The notes under the pieces: model-generated | What the model was told of the DNA's origin: nothing | Databases searched by the model: none | Seen by the model: only the letters and a program-made list of their open reading frames with translations | Made by a program: the position numbers and the translations under genes | Part shown: positions 50,938 to 63,549 of the stretch, piece after piece | Layout of the letters: every line of letters begins with the position of its first letter | Position numbering within the stretch: position 1 is the stretch's first letter | From: Squalus acanthias | Lineage: Eukaryota | Length of the DNA: 64,000 nt | Assembly (NCBI GenBank): GCA_030390025.1 | Contig: CM059430.1 | Span: 125,426,001-125,490,000 of the forward strand | Direction of reading: 5' to 3'

Positions 50938-52307
50938 TTTCATATATCCAGTGTCACTGTTCCACACCATCTGTGCTTCAAGCTTCATTCCAAAATGAAT
51001 CTGGTTGGGATCATTAAATTCTACCACACCTGGCTGGCTGATGTACTTACTTACTTAGTATGTTAATTTTTAACATTCAGAATTTGGGTTCAAACCCTGC
51101 TCAGTCTGATGGGGTGAATTTTCTCTCTCTGCTAGTTCTACAAGTCCTAAGTGAAATATTTTTAGTTTGGTTCAACCCAGTTCTTGGGTGGGTATAAGAT
51201 CACAGCGCAAATCATTCTGTGCTGATTAGTACTAAATTGTCAATCTCAGATAGCAATGGTTGGCATGAAAAATGGAAATATCACATGGTGCAGTGTGAAA
51301 GGGTTCTTTTTAGTTTGGGATTAAGGTCATTGATGGGATAGTGTAGAAGGATCTCTACTCTACATCTAACCCATCACCAGAGCAGTGAGTGTTTAATAGG
51401 TCAGTGGGAGCTTTACACTGAACCTAAACAATTCTGCACTTGATCGGGAAGTATTTGTTGGTGTTGAACTCTCTTGCCTTGATGAGCATAATTTTTTTAA
51501 TGTTAAAGTTAATGTGATATAAGTAAAATGTTCAGTGTAAATCTGTCTCGAGTACCATTTGCAGAATTGCACCAGACAAAAATGGTCATGGAACCGACTT
51601 CAATAGAAATTTAACAATACAACATAAACAAAAAGTTATATATCGTGAAACAAAAACGAATCTACAAATACGCTTGTAACAGAATGCTTACTACATGATG
51701 CGTAATACTGCGATAGCTAAAGGGCAGTAATACATTCTAAGGTCGCTTGCAACAGAAGAGAAACTCCAATCCATGTCTGAATCTCAGAAACCAACCCTTG
51801 GAGAGAGTTAATAAAAACACTGGGACCTCAATACAAAGGAAACACTGTCTCGGACAAGTATTTAACCCCTCAGTCTGCTGAGTGTTCCAGAAAATTGCAG
51901 TCAATAGCCAGTGTACAGTATATGTGAATACTGATTAATGCAGTTAGAACAAGTACACAACAGGAAAAACCCTACAAAATACCAAAGAATGAATGAGGAA
52001 TGAAAAATACAGGCAGACAATCTACAACTCAAAGTTTCATTACCCCAATGTTTTGTCTTGTAATTAAAATATATTTTCTAAAATTGTATGTACACTCTCT
52101 TACCCTCGCCATAGTAAACCTGGCATAATTGTGAAATGTTAACTTGAACTTCACATAGTGCTCCCACTTCCTCAGTTCCCCACCTTAGGGCCTAGTACCA
52201 CCTCATCCCTTGGGCAATAATTTCCAATCAATATAAAAAGAGGTTTTTAAAAAATCCACTAAACTCTCAGCAGGTGTTAAACAAGTAAGCATTACCTTGA
52301 GGCCATG

Positions 52308-53200
52308 TTTTTTTTTTCGTTTATGGGATGTGGGCATCGCTGGCAAGACCAGCATTTATTGCGCATCCCTAATTGCCCTCGTGAAGGTGGTGGTGAGCCG
52401 CCGCCTTGACCTGCTGCAGTCCGTGTGGTGAAGGTACTCCCACAGTGCTGTTAGGTAGGGAGTTCCAGGATTTTGACCCAGCGACGATGAAGGATCGGCG
52501 ATATACTTCTAAGTCAGGATGGTGTGTGACTTGGAGAGGAACTTGCAGGTGGTGGTGTTCCCATGCGCCTCCTGCCCTTGTCCTTCTAGGTGGAAGAGGT
52601 CGCGGGTTTGGGAGGTGCTGCCGAAGAAGCCTTGGCGAGTTGCTGCAGTGCATCTTGTAGATGGTACACACTGCAGCCACGGTACACCAGTGGTGGAGGG
52701 AGTGAATGTTTAAGGTGGTGGATGGGGTGCCAGTCAAGCGGGCTGCTTTGTCCTGAATGGTGTCGAGCTTCTTGAGTGTTGGAGCTGCACTCATCCAGGC
52801 AAGTGGAGAATATTCCATCACATAAGAACATAAGAAATAGGAGCAGGAGTAGGCCAATCGGCCCTTCGAGCCTGCTCCGCCATTCAATAAGATCATGGCT
52901 GATCTGATCCTCTCCTCAAATCTAAAGAACACAAGAAGTAGGAGCAGGACCCGGCCACTCAGCCCCTGGGCCCGCTACTTACTTGTGCCTTGTAGATGGT
53001 GGAAAGGCTTTGGAGAGTCAGGAGGTGAGACACTCGCTGCAGAATACCTAGCCTCTGACCTGCTCTTGTTGCCACAGTATTTGTGTGTCTGGTCCAGTTA
53101 AGTTTCTGGTCTATGGTGACCCCCAGAATGTTGATGGTGGGGGATTCGGCGATGGTAATACCATTGAATGTCAAGGGGAGGTGGTTAGACTCTCGCTTGT
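52308..53200 (-). mobile_element. Second copy of the same LINE, with a nested CR1 tail fragment at about 52821-52980
   Basis: High identity to 49985-50730; CATAAGAACATAAGAAATAGGAGCAGGAGTAGGCC insert splits the ORF. Confidence 0.9.
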
Positions 53201-53329
53201 GTCAGCATTCCATGTGGCCCATGTCTCTTACAAATCAGTAATCTTGAACTCAATTAAAAAATATCTGACAGGAGTGACAGCTACTCTTCATTTTGTCTGC
53301 AAGTTATAGCCTCCTAATATTGGCAACTT

Positions 53330-53800
53330 CTTGGTTACTACCAGATATGTGTGCAACATTTTCACTTCAAGCCCTCTTTTACAGCTCCTTGAGTAGGCCC
53401 AAAGTTGAAAGTGCAGGATACTTTGAGAGTAGCAGGTAATTTAGAAGGTACCCATATAAAGGCAATAGAGCAATACTTTCTTCGGGGTAGGCTAAACACA
53501 AGCAAATATCCAAGGAGAAGGAAAGGGGAATTTGGGTGCAAGAGAAATTGAAAATACTGCAAAGGACAGAAGTAAGTTTGTAAGAAAACACCTCAATGAT
53601 GATGGAAAGGTTACAATCAAAATCAGAGGTCTCACTGGAGTGTATAAAGCCGAGTCCAACAAGCATGGCAGGGATAAAACTTGATGTTGGTTGTAATAGT
53701 AGACCAAAATGGAGCAATGAAAGGAAATTCTTTACTAAAATCATTGAGATTAGCGTGGTAGAAGAGAAGCAAGTCAAACTTGACAGATTTCTCTTTCAGA
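53330..53800 (-). mobile_element. Highly decayed LINE RT N-terminal fragment
   Basis: L.SVLCSIFNFS...FPSPWIFACV.PTPKK pattern across frames. Confidence 0.45.
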
Positions 53801-54143
53801 AAGCTAGCAACTGTATCATCAAAATGGATAAGAGATGGAAAGGAGAATTGACAGAATGAAAGTGCTATAGAACCATATTACATCATGGAGAAAATAAGAA
53901 TGATTTTAAATAAAAGCAATTTCACTGTCTCTCATTCTAAAGCATTGTAATAGAAAAATAGGCCTGCAAACACTTTCACTGCCTTGGACAATAAAATGCA
54001 TTCTTTACAAAAGGTTGGCCCTTTGATCTCTCTTCAATGTGGAGATATTTTATGTATACACAAAAATGATGTATATATGTAATTTTAAATTTGATAAATA
54101 GAGGCATTTGTTCCCATGTGCATTGCAGTGATACCACGGGTTA

Positions 54144-54197
54144 TAATGGGTCAACTACTAGCCTGTGCAGTAATGGGTCAACTAGTAGCCTGTGCAG
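54144..54197. repeat. 27-bp tandem duplication
   Basis: TAATGGGTCAACTASTAGCCTGTGCAG x2, 1 mismatch. Confidence 0.9.
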
Positions 54198-56925
54198 TAG
54201 AAGCTTTTTTCAGTAACATAATTAGCAGTAATTTCCAGATCCCCATAAAAGAACAATGACAGCACTCAAACAGCTAAATAACAAGAGCTTCATTACTGGG
54301 GCGAACCCTGGCAAAAAAAAATGAAATGGCTGGCAAAATGGAGAAACAGGCTTATTTGTTACCATATGGTAGACCTTGCAATGACTTATCAAAAGGTCTG
54401 ACTCTCAGAGTAATAAATCATACAATTAATATCAGATAGGGAATGAGCCAAAATCCTTCACCCACTCTACCAAATTGAATTGTTCCATTCAAACGAGTGG
54501 CTCATCGGAAATATTTTCAAGGAACAAGTAATGACATCACTGATTCTAAGCTAGTTATTGTGAAAAAAAGTGAACATTGGTTAAATAGAGTTTTAAAAAA
54601 TGTATTGCTGTCCCTCTTTCATGCTGGCACAAATGGCATTCTCCTCTGGCGACCTTTTGACTGCAAAGAAATTGGAATCAAAGAGCTCACTCACAGGCTA
54701 AACTTCTCACAGGAAATTGGAAAGAGATGCAGAGAGCCGGCCCATGAATTACATATTGACAGGATCCCGGAACAGGGGCCGCAGTGTGTGAAGCCAAAGA
54801 TGACAACCGCCTGCTCATTCCTTCAGCTTCTGAGAGCTTCATTGTTGGGCACAGCCCTAGCACGGAGTAAAGGACATGCCAATTTGATGGAGCATGGGAG
54901 AGGAAGGGTTCTGTTCTGTGATTGACTCAAAGGAAAACATGCATTGCACTTTCCCCTCTCCTGCCCATTTGATGTTGATTCACGTTAGTCCTGAATACTC
55001 ACCCAATGGCTCAGAGACCACCCTGTGTGGTACTGAACCATTATAAGACCAGGAATGTCCCAGATTTGATTCTTGGTCTAAATCGGATCTCAGCTGTAGC
55101 AGCATGAGTGCTACAATTGTCCATAGCTCCTCTGGGCTAATAAATGGAAAATTAGCCATGTTTGTTGCTTCTGATTGCTATCCCTACTGGAAAGGGTGTG
55201 TGTGGATCTTGGTTATGGATAGGATTGGGCTTAGTTGTGACGTTCCCTAAATTTGGATAGCGTATCTACACTCCCATATAGAAAATTGCCCACTTGGGTG
55301 AGGTACGAGATACAGGAGGTTGTCCAGTACCCTAACAAGGGTCAACATCTTCAGAAGAGGGTGAAAATTTGGATTAAAAACAATTCCAATTCAAATCAAA
55401 GGTGACCAGGATTCAGATTAAATTTAAAGACTATGGTACTAAACTAAGTGGAATTAGACAGCTGTTAGCCTCGCCAGGTTTAAAACCCTCCCACCCTCAG
55501 ATGGGGAAGGAAAATTATGTGCATGAATCTTATGGAAATCCAACTCCTCCTCATCACCACAATTCAATTTTCTTTTGGCCTTAAAGCTTCCATGTGAAAT
55601 GAGTTTGGACATTCTCAACTGTGGACATGGGCTCACAGTGCAAACCTGTCCCTAATTTGATACCAAATGGCAACCTCACTCAAATAGGCTGCAGATTGGC
55701 TGGTGCAGGAAACAGACATGATGAAATAGGAGGTGCTCTTCAGAAATGGGGGTTGAGGCATATTGTTAGAGAAGAGGAAACTTTACTCTGTATCTAATCC
55801 ACATTTTACTTGACCTAGGAGTGCCTGATGATGACAATGGATGCTCAATACAGAAGGTGCTCTGTTCACCAACTCCAATCTCTCTCACTTTGATGAGCAC
55901 AACATTTACATTAAAACATCATTGTTTTTAATGTTTTCAGTTGTACTTATAGTGTGTGTGTAGGTCAGGTGATAGAAGTGTCCCTAGTATTTACAAAAAC
56001 CCAACAGAGAGGAGGCCAAATTCGCTTCAGACCTCCCTAACCCCATGTCGAGTACAATGAATTTCCATAGTTTACATTGCAGTACATTTTCCAACAGAAC
56101 ATCCTTAAGTCCAGTGCATCATTGCAAGTAATGGAATGTACTCAGAGCAGGATTACAATACTTATCTGTGACATGCTCACATAGTCAATACTGCCCATTA
56201 CAATCTTCTAGGTAAACCCATTTCTAACTTTTTCTACAAAACATCGAACACAAATGTACACAAAATTAAGCTGCTTTCTTCTTGCAATTCTTTGTAAGCA
56301 TCCCATAAGCAAGTGTCTCTATTTATCATAGTACTCTTAAAAGAACTGGATGGTTAAAAAGCAAAAATCACAGGGCCTGCCAAAAGTTACCTCCAGCCAC
56401 TTGGGGGTGTTGTTGGGCAGCAGTGTTTATTTTGTTGAGCAGCTGAGGGCTGGAATTAGTACAAACCAAACAGAAGAAAGAATTAAATGAGAAAAGGTCA
56501 CTGGACCAACAGGTCTATAAATTTCGAATTTACTCAGTGGGAACTGGCTGATGTGATGGGCTAGACCCTATCCTTTCTGGAACCTGGTTTTGAATCCAGC
56601 CCAGAATGAAAGTCTTCCCTCTCTGCTAGATACAAGAGTTCAATGGAAAATGGATTTTGGGCAGTCTCAATCCAATTCCTAGTTGCTATAGGCCTAAACC
56701 ATACCATTACCTTCCATTGCCACCTTCACTCAAAGGCCATGGTTTGGAGAATCCAATATGTCACCCTGGTGCAGAATGGGCTGCTCTTCTAAAGCACGAC
56801 TGGCACAGTGGAACCTTTAATCTGCACCTAATCTGGCCTCAGAGTGCTTAATGGCAGAGTACAGAGGGAGCTTTACTCTGCATGTAACCCATGCTATTCT
56901 TGGCCTGTGTTTGATGCTAACACTA

Positions 56926-57116
56926 GGGGAGTAATTTTAACCTAACTCACTGGGTGGGAAACCCACAGGATTGGGTGGAAGGCCAGTTTTCCACCCCACC
57001 CAATATTACTCTCCATTGACTTCACTGGAGAGTAAAATTGGGCAGAGTGTAAAACCAGCATTGAACCCGATCCCATCAATTTCCCGACAGGTGAGTGAGG
57101 TTAAAATTGCCTCCCC
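56926..57116. mobile_element. Palindromic MITE inside an LF-SINE-like element
   Basis: TIRs GGGGAGTAATTTTAACCT / AGGTTAAAATTGCCTCCCC. Confidence 0.78.
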
Positions 57117-58504
57117 CCCAAGTGTCCAAAAGGGAAAGTGTTCCATTTCCTGGCACATCCCTTACTCTCAAGTACAAAATTGCCAAAATGTAAGAAACTA
57201 GGGCATTATAGAGGAGCCTGAGTCATCACATGTCTAATTGGTTGAAGAGTGATGGCTCGGAGGCACAGTTCTTCAATTTCTTATTAAACCCTAAAAGAAA
57301 TTTTGGGTCAGACATAATTTTTTTCCTGCCCTCTTTCCCAACAGTTAATACAACAAAAACAACAACAACTTGTATTTATATAGCACCTTTAACATAGTAA
57401 ATAGCCCAAACTTGTAATTATTCTTTGAAGTTGGTTCCCAAATCAGGGCAAATCTTAAGACTTTGAAATACATTTTCAACCTCTCCCAGATCTATCTAAA
57501 ATTACATTCCAAAACAAAAAATCCTCGGTTTTCCAATTGTAACACAGACATCAAAATGAATGAATTACCGTTGGCAATCTGATCAGAAAACCTAGGCCAA
57601 AACCTCAGCCTCAGCTGGTTATGGCAGTGGGCAGTTGAGTTATGCAGACCAGGAAGGTCCCAGTTTCCATCCCCAGGTTGTGGTGAGGCAGCAGTGGAAG
57701 TGCAATTAGCCAGGCTGCCTATTCTTGATCACTGGGCTCTGTGTCCCTCCATTAAGGGGACCTAAAATCAACCTGGGTGCTCATTTCTGGTCACTAGGCC
57801 CAATGTTCCCCCATTACAGAGGGCTAAGATCAGCCAGAGTGCTCATACCTGACACCATCCAGTGATTCTTGTATATATGCATGGCAGATGAGAATAGGTT
57901 CGGGCTCAGCTATGATGCTGAATTTTGTCTAATAGTCTACCATTGCTCGCAGTCTAAGCTCACACTTTTAAGACTGGCCACTTGGATGAGGTTCCAAGGG
58001 TAGAGTGTGCATTGGTGGAATCATACTCCTGCAAGAAATCAGTCCCTTTAGGGCAGAAGAGTAGAAAATAAGATGTTAAATGAATTAAAATATTTATGTG
58101 AAATAAACTAAATATTCATGGTGCAGTGCTTTTAAGTGGAGGAAAGTTGCATCACCCTGGTAACATGTCTTGCAGGACTCTTTATCCTATTTGTACACAG
58201 AAGGACATGTGACGAGACTTGTGGACATTATTTCCTTTGTTGAGAAACCAAAGTGAAGGACTAAAACCCACAATGCAGACACCACCAAAATCAGAAAGAG
58301 TAGCAAAGGCAATGAGGAAAATCAGGAACTAGAGGTTAAGTAATGTCATGCCTGTAGATTGTCGGGGCAAGGAAGCAGTGTTCAAAATGTTGAGGTCCTG
58401 GGAAAGAATGAATTATAGTAGGATGAGTCTTGATTGTAACAAAATAAGGAGAAAGTAGCTGTGTGACGGTGGATTTTCAATTTAGGAAGAACAAGGAAGG
58501 AAAG

Positions 58505-59640
58505 TTCAGTCTCAAAGTACTTCACAGAGGCATAATCAGACAAAAATGAACACCAAGCCAAACAAGATGTTGGGGGTGAGGGGTGTGGTGACCAAATGCT
58601 TGGTCAAAGAGGTGGGTTTTAAGGAGGGTCTTGAAGGGGAGAAGGTGGTGGCAAGACAGAGGGGGTTAGTGAGGGAATTGCAGAGATTGGAGCCTAGGTG
58701 GTTGAAGGCACAGCTGCCAATGGTGGGGCAAAGGGAGGAGGAAATGGAAGAACGGAGAGTTCTAGGTGGTTGTAGGGCTGGAGGAAGTTACAGAGCTAGG
58801 GAGGGATGAGACCATGAAAGGATTTAAACACAGAATTTTAAATTGGAAGATCGGGAGCTAAATGTTGGTCAACAAGGACAGGAGAGGTGGATAAGTGGGA
58901 CAGGATGAACTGAAGATTACAGACCTGGAGGATGGCATGCTGGCCAGGAGAACATTGGAATAGTTGAGTATGGAAGTGGCAAAGGCTTGGATGAGGATTT
59001 CAGCAGCACATGGGCTGAGGTAGGGGCAGATGCGGGCGATGTTACATTGGTAGAAGTATGCATTATGTTTGTGATGGAGAGAATATGGAGTTGGAAGCTC
59101 AGCTTGGGGTGGAATAGGATGCCACAGTTGCAATCAGTCTGCTTCAACCTGAAACTGCGGCTGGTTAGGGGAATGGAATCAATGGTAAGGGTATGGGGGT
59201 TGTGGCGGGGTTCAAAGATGATAACTTCAGTCATCCCAATATTTAGCTAGAAGAAATTGCGGCTTATCCAGGGAAAGCAAGTAGTCAGACAGCACAGAGG
59301 CAGTGAAGGAGTCAACAGAGGTGGTCAAGAAAGGTAAAGCTGGGTGCCATGGCATACATGTGGAAGCTGACATGATGATATCGCCAAGGGGCAGCATGTA
59401 GTTAAAGAGGAGAGGGCCAAGGATATATCCTTGGGGAACTCCAAAGGTAAAGGTATGGGGCAAGAAGAGAAGCTATTACTGGAGATTCTTTGGTTACGAT
59501 CGGATAAGTAAAAGTGGAACCAAGTGAGGACAGTCCCACTGAGCTGGACAATGGAGGAAAAGCATTGAAGGAGGATGGTCTGGTCAACAGTATTGAAAGG
59601 CTGAAATGAGAGATATAATAAGAAAAAGGGGAAGAAAAAG
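58505..59640 (-). mobile_element. Decayed L2 LINE fragment
   Basis: FNTVDQTILLQ...LSGTVLTWFHFYLSDR.Q, GVPQGYILGPLLF.YMLPLGDII, NIARICPYLS..AAEILIQAF.TS.L.YSN.LL. Confidence 0.85.
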
Positions 59641-61559
59641 ACAAGGAGGGAGGGAAGGGTTGGAGGCTGGAGGTGAGAAGGATGACCCATCAAACAACAA
59701 GCTTTTTCTTGTGTGACATCCTATCATGATTGATTATAAGTAAAAGTTTTTGAAAGAAGCATCCTTGCTACCATGACACTAACCCCAATAATTAATACAT
59801 CAGTATTGCAATGGAGTTTTGGCAGCAGACTACTTCAGAGGAACTGAACATATCCAAAAGTTCCCCCACCATAGCAGTACCATTGCTTAACGAAAGAGTC
59901 TGAGAAGTACAGACCCGTGTCCTTCCACTTTCTTTCAGGGTAGCTGTGCGTGTTTTCCAATCTTTATATTTACTACGTATGTTTCCAAGTCAAGTGAGAG
60001 AAAAAAAAACCCATGTGAAGGGTTGATGTTTGACTTGAGTAAGGCTTTGATTGAAATCATTGGTCATAACCAGAGTTTTGGTCTGGTCTGGGCAGAGTTA
60101 TATCACATTACTGAAAGCAAAACACTGAACGTAGCTAAAAGAAATGAAACCTGAACATTATAGAAGTGAACTGACCAGACACTAAACCACTCACACTGCT
60201 TTTTACTTAAAGGGGAAGTACAACTAGTGGTGAGGGAGAGAGAAAATAAAGAACCGGCTCAGTTTTTTTTCCGTTTTTCCCTTAAAGGTGCTGGCTCCTG
60301 CTGGGATACAGTTCCACTGGGGTTTTATAGTCCTATGATACTTCACCCAAATGGTCATTCTTATCGGTGAACATCTGGAGGCTGTTCGACCTGGGTAGAA
60401 TCACAGCGAGCCCTATAATGTTCTAACCTGACTCCTACACACATGTACTTTTCAACAGAAGTGCTGGATACTGATCAGGAGCAGGAATCACAACAAATTT
60501 GTTTTCTCTCCTCACCCAAGGGCACTGCTACCACCCGACTGAAATCAGCTAATTCAGCACAAATTAGGGTCTCTAATCTGGACCTTCCTAGCTGAACCAT
60601 CAGGGAAACTAGAATTCTAAGATTTAAATTAAGTCTTTCCCACGTGTTTACATAAAAGAATGGATGCTGAAATATAGGTTTGTCACTCATCGCACATCAC
60701 AATTGGAAACACGCCTTCACACAGGATGTAACACAGTCCACAGAGAGTTTTCAAACATTCAATAGACTGTTTTAACCCTGCAAGTGCTTCAAGCTGTGTG
60801 TATGAGTGTGTCTCCGCATCTCTCACAGACAACTCAGTAACTGCCGTCAGTCACAGATGATATCATCAGCACGAGCCATTAAAAATATTCCCCACAAAGA
60901 GAAAAAAAATCCCCAAATTTTCCCATGCCCAATCAAAAACAGAATAGAAAGTCATAAACAGAGAAAAGAACAGACAAAAACGAGCTTCCTGTGTAACATT
61001 TTAATGTGGGGTTGGAGGGTCCAGTGGGTGACCTTACAATGCTGACCTTTCACTTGCAGGATCTTGGTTTCAATGCTTATTACAACATCATTTCAGGCAA
61101 CTAAAAATTCACTTATTTGTTTAGTCATATCTGGTGAGTGAACACTAGCAGAACCTGAAAAACACAGCAGCCAAAGCCTAGTTACCTTGTTATAACTGAA
61201 GGGTTTAAGGTGAGGGTGGAGGGAGTAATGGAGAGAGTGTTATAATGGAGAGCCTTATATTGAGGGTGGTGTGTAACCAAAGGAGTGTTGTGTTATAATG
61301 GCTGTGGCGCGTAACCAAAGGAGTGTTATATTGAGGGTGGTGTGTAACAAAGAGCTTCATAACCATAAATGAGCTACAACTACGTGTATTATACCGAGTG
61401 TCTTACAATGAGGACAAAGTGTAACAGAGTAAGTTAAAGGCCTTATAATGGAGGGTGGATTTAACAGAGTGTTATAACCAACAGCCATATAATGTGGGTG
61501 GAGTATGTAATGGAGATAGGTTATAACTGACAAGGTTATAACTGACAACCTTACAATGA

Positions 61560-61780
61560 GAAGTCGCACAACACCAGGTTATAGTCCAACAGTTTTATTT
61601 GAAATTACGAGCTTTCGGAGCGCTGCTCCTTCGTCAGGTACAGTCAGGTACAGGTACACTGACGAAGGAGCAGAGCTCCGAAAGCTCGTAATTTCAAATA
61701 AAACTGTCGGACTATAACCTGGTGTTGTGCAACTTCTCATTTTTGTCCACCCCAGTCCAACACCGGCATCTCCGCATCAT
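61560..61780. mobile_element. Short hairpin (inverted pLTR) Penelope-derived element, copy 2, with two head-to-head hammerhead cores
   Basis: 83-bp arms 61555-61637 / 61659-61741; direct repeat AACCTTACAATGA at 61547-61559 and 61781-61793; same tail as the 30.5-kb copy. Confidence 0.87.
61606..61640 (-). ncRNA. Minimal hammerhead ribozyme motif
   Basis: UAC-CUGACGA-A-GGAGC(AGC)GCUCC-GAAA-GC-UC-GUA: core, 5-bp stem II, palindromic AGCU stem III, stem I UAC/GUA. Confidence 0.7.
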
Positions 61781-61876
61781 AACCTTACAATGAAGATGGA
61801 TGTACCAAGAGTGCTATAACTGAGAGCGCTACAATAATGGGGAGGTATATTAGAGCATTCTATAACAGACAGCATT

Positions 61877-62295
61877 GGGAGTCGATTTTAATCCTACCCA
61901 GCAGGTGAGTGGTTAAAAACGAGCAGCTTACTTACCCACTCAGATCTGGACCATTTGCAATGTTAACATCCAGAGTTTTGCAGGCAGATGAGGCGCACGC
62001 CTGAAACAGGTGGGAGCCTCGTATAGTTATGCAAACCGGGGTCCTATTACATCAATACCCCGATGCAATTTTAACCAGGGATTGAATGGGGAAGTGGCTT
62101 TCCCACTAGGGAGAAGCAGATCTGCAGCTGGTACAAAGACAGAAGATGACTTTTTGGCAAGTCTATAAAACTTTTCTTTGTGGCACCAGGAGAAGCAGGA
62201 GTGTCCGGCGGTTAAAATCACTTTGAACTCCTGCTGCCTCTGCCAGGCAGAAAATTACCTCACCAGAAACCCACTTTGAGTCAAAATCCACCTCC
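61877..62295. mobile_element. Degenerate Harbinger-like MITE
   Basis: GGGAGTCGATTTTAA start, CAAAATCCACCTCC end. Confidence 0.55.
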
Positions 62296-62364
62296 TGGTA
62301 TAATTTATGTAAGCCATATTTGTGGCTAAGAATTCAATTTTGTTTGGTTTTGCAATTAAGCATT

Positions 62365-63545
62365 ATGGCTTCGATTTCCCAATTCCCATTCCACCAGTGG
62401 AAGTGCAGCAGGTATGCACATCTACTCATGGATCCCGCCACTGACCTCGCCAGATTTCCCAGGGTCAGTACTTTTACATAATTATCAGAAGGTTCCCGCT
62501 GATTGAGCGCAAGTGCCTGTAGGAGTGGAAACTCAGATGTTGCTACAGGTTTTAAAAACCATTGTCAGCTTAAGGGTGATGGAACAGCAGAAGGAATATG
62601 GGAGAGGAGGTGAGAAGTTATGACAGCGAGAAGACCTGCAGAAAAATAGAGCATTAAACTTCACTAACTCCCAGATAAAGGTCCTCTTGGAAGCAATGAG
62701 GCCAAGGCAGGCACAACTTTTTGGTGCACAGGGCAAGAGACACATTGAGGACACATTGGAAGGAGAAGCAGTTAGTGCCACCTCCACAAACTTCAGATCA
62801 GCAACTCAGTGCCAACAAAATTGTAATCGCTTGGCCAGAATGGGCAAGGTAAGTGCATGACCTACCTCATTAAACGTTGTCCAAGCAGCACCTTGTATGT
62901 TGGCCTCTTGGCACAATCAGTGTAGCATGTGCTGCCAGTAGTGAAGCACTAAGACTCACCCCAGCTGGATAATGCATAATCCCCGGCAACCCACGTGCTT
63001 CCCATTTAAACTGCACTCCGAGCCCTACGAGTGTCATAGTTATGAGTCTTGAAGTTTGCATTTAGTCAATGGGTGCCTTTCCAAATTCCCACAACATCAA
63101 ACCACGAGGTTATCATATGACCTAGGCTACATTTGCGTTACAGGAAAAGACACCACATAATGCAAAATTAGTCCACAGGGAGAGTGATGAGTTGATCCCT
63201 ATTGAGGAGGAGGGACTCAGCATCATAGGACGTCCAGTGACAGGAGTTGGAGATGAAGAGGTTGGTGGACCAGTGTCAGAAATAGGTTGGCACATAGATG
63301 AAACACTTCTGGCCTCTAAAGCTTCAGCAGACAAAATGTGCCTTCAGCACGTTGTGATTGTACGGCACTCTGGAAGACTCAGAGAAGCTCAGTGGTGAAA
63401 GGCCTCAGATTCATTTGTTGCTCTGTCCCCCATCCAGATGTGGCTAATGACATGGAGCAAGAGGAGCACTCCCACTCCAGTTACCAACCCACCAGAACAC
63501 CATGAGCAAACATTACCATTTCAAGTGCAAGGTTATAGACAAGCA
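62365..63545 (+). mobile_element. Decayed Harbinger element with two-exon Myb/SANT-like relic (about 62645-62848 and 63143-63275)
   Basis: RALNFTNSQIKVLLEAMRPRQAQLFG...RSATQCQQNCNRLARMGK|gtaag; ttacag|EKTPHNAK...IPIEEEGLSIIG...VGDEEVG. Confidence 0.7.
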
Positions 63546-63549
63546 CCTA

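Larger units (their letters stand above)
61190..61870. repeat. Degenerate tandem repeat hosting hairpin element copy 2
   Basis: Recurring GAGTGTTATAATGGAGGGTGG.TGTAAC-like units. Confidence 0.6.

Noticed and set aside
52369-52932. 187-aa novel ORF
   Set aside because: Chimera of a CR1 tail insert and LINE ORF2/3' UTR sequence
54695-54842. Alternative first coding exon MKLSEAEG... with GTGAGT phase-1 donor
   Set aside because: Splicing to the SAM exon creates T|AA, a stop codon; at most a non-coding or uORF exon
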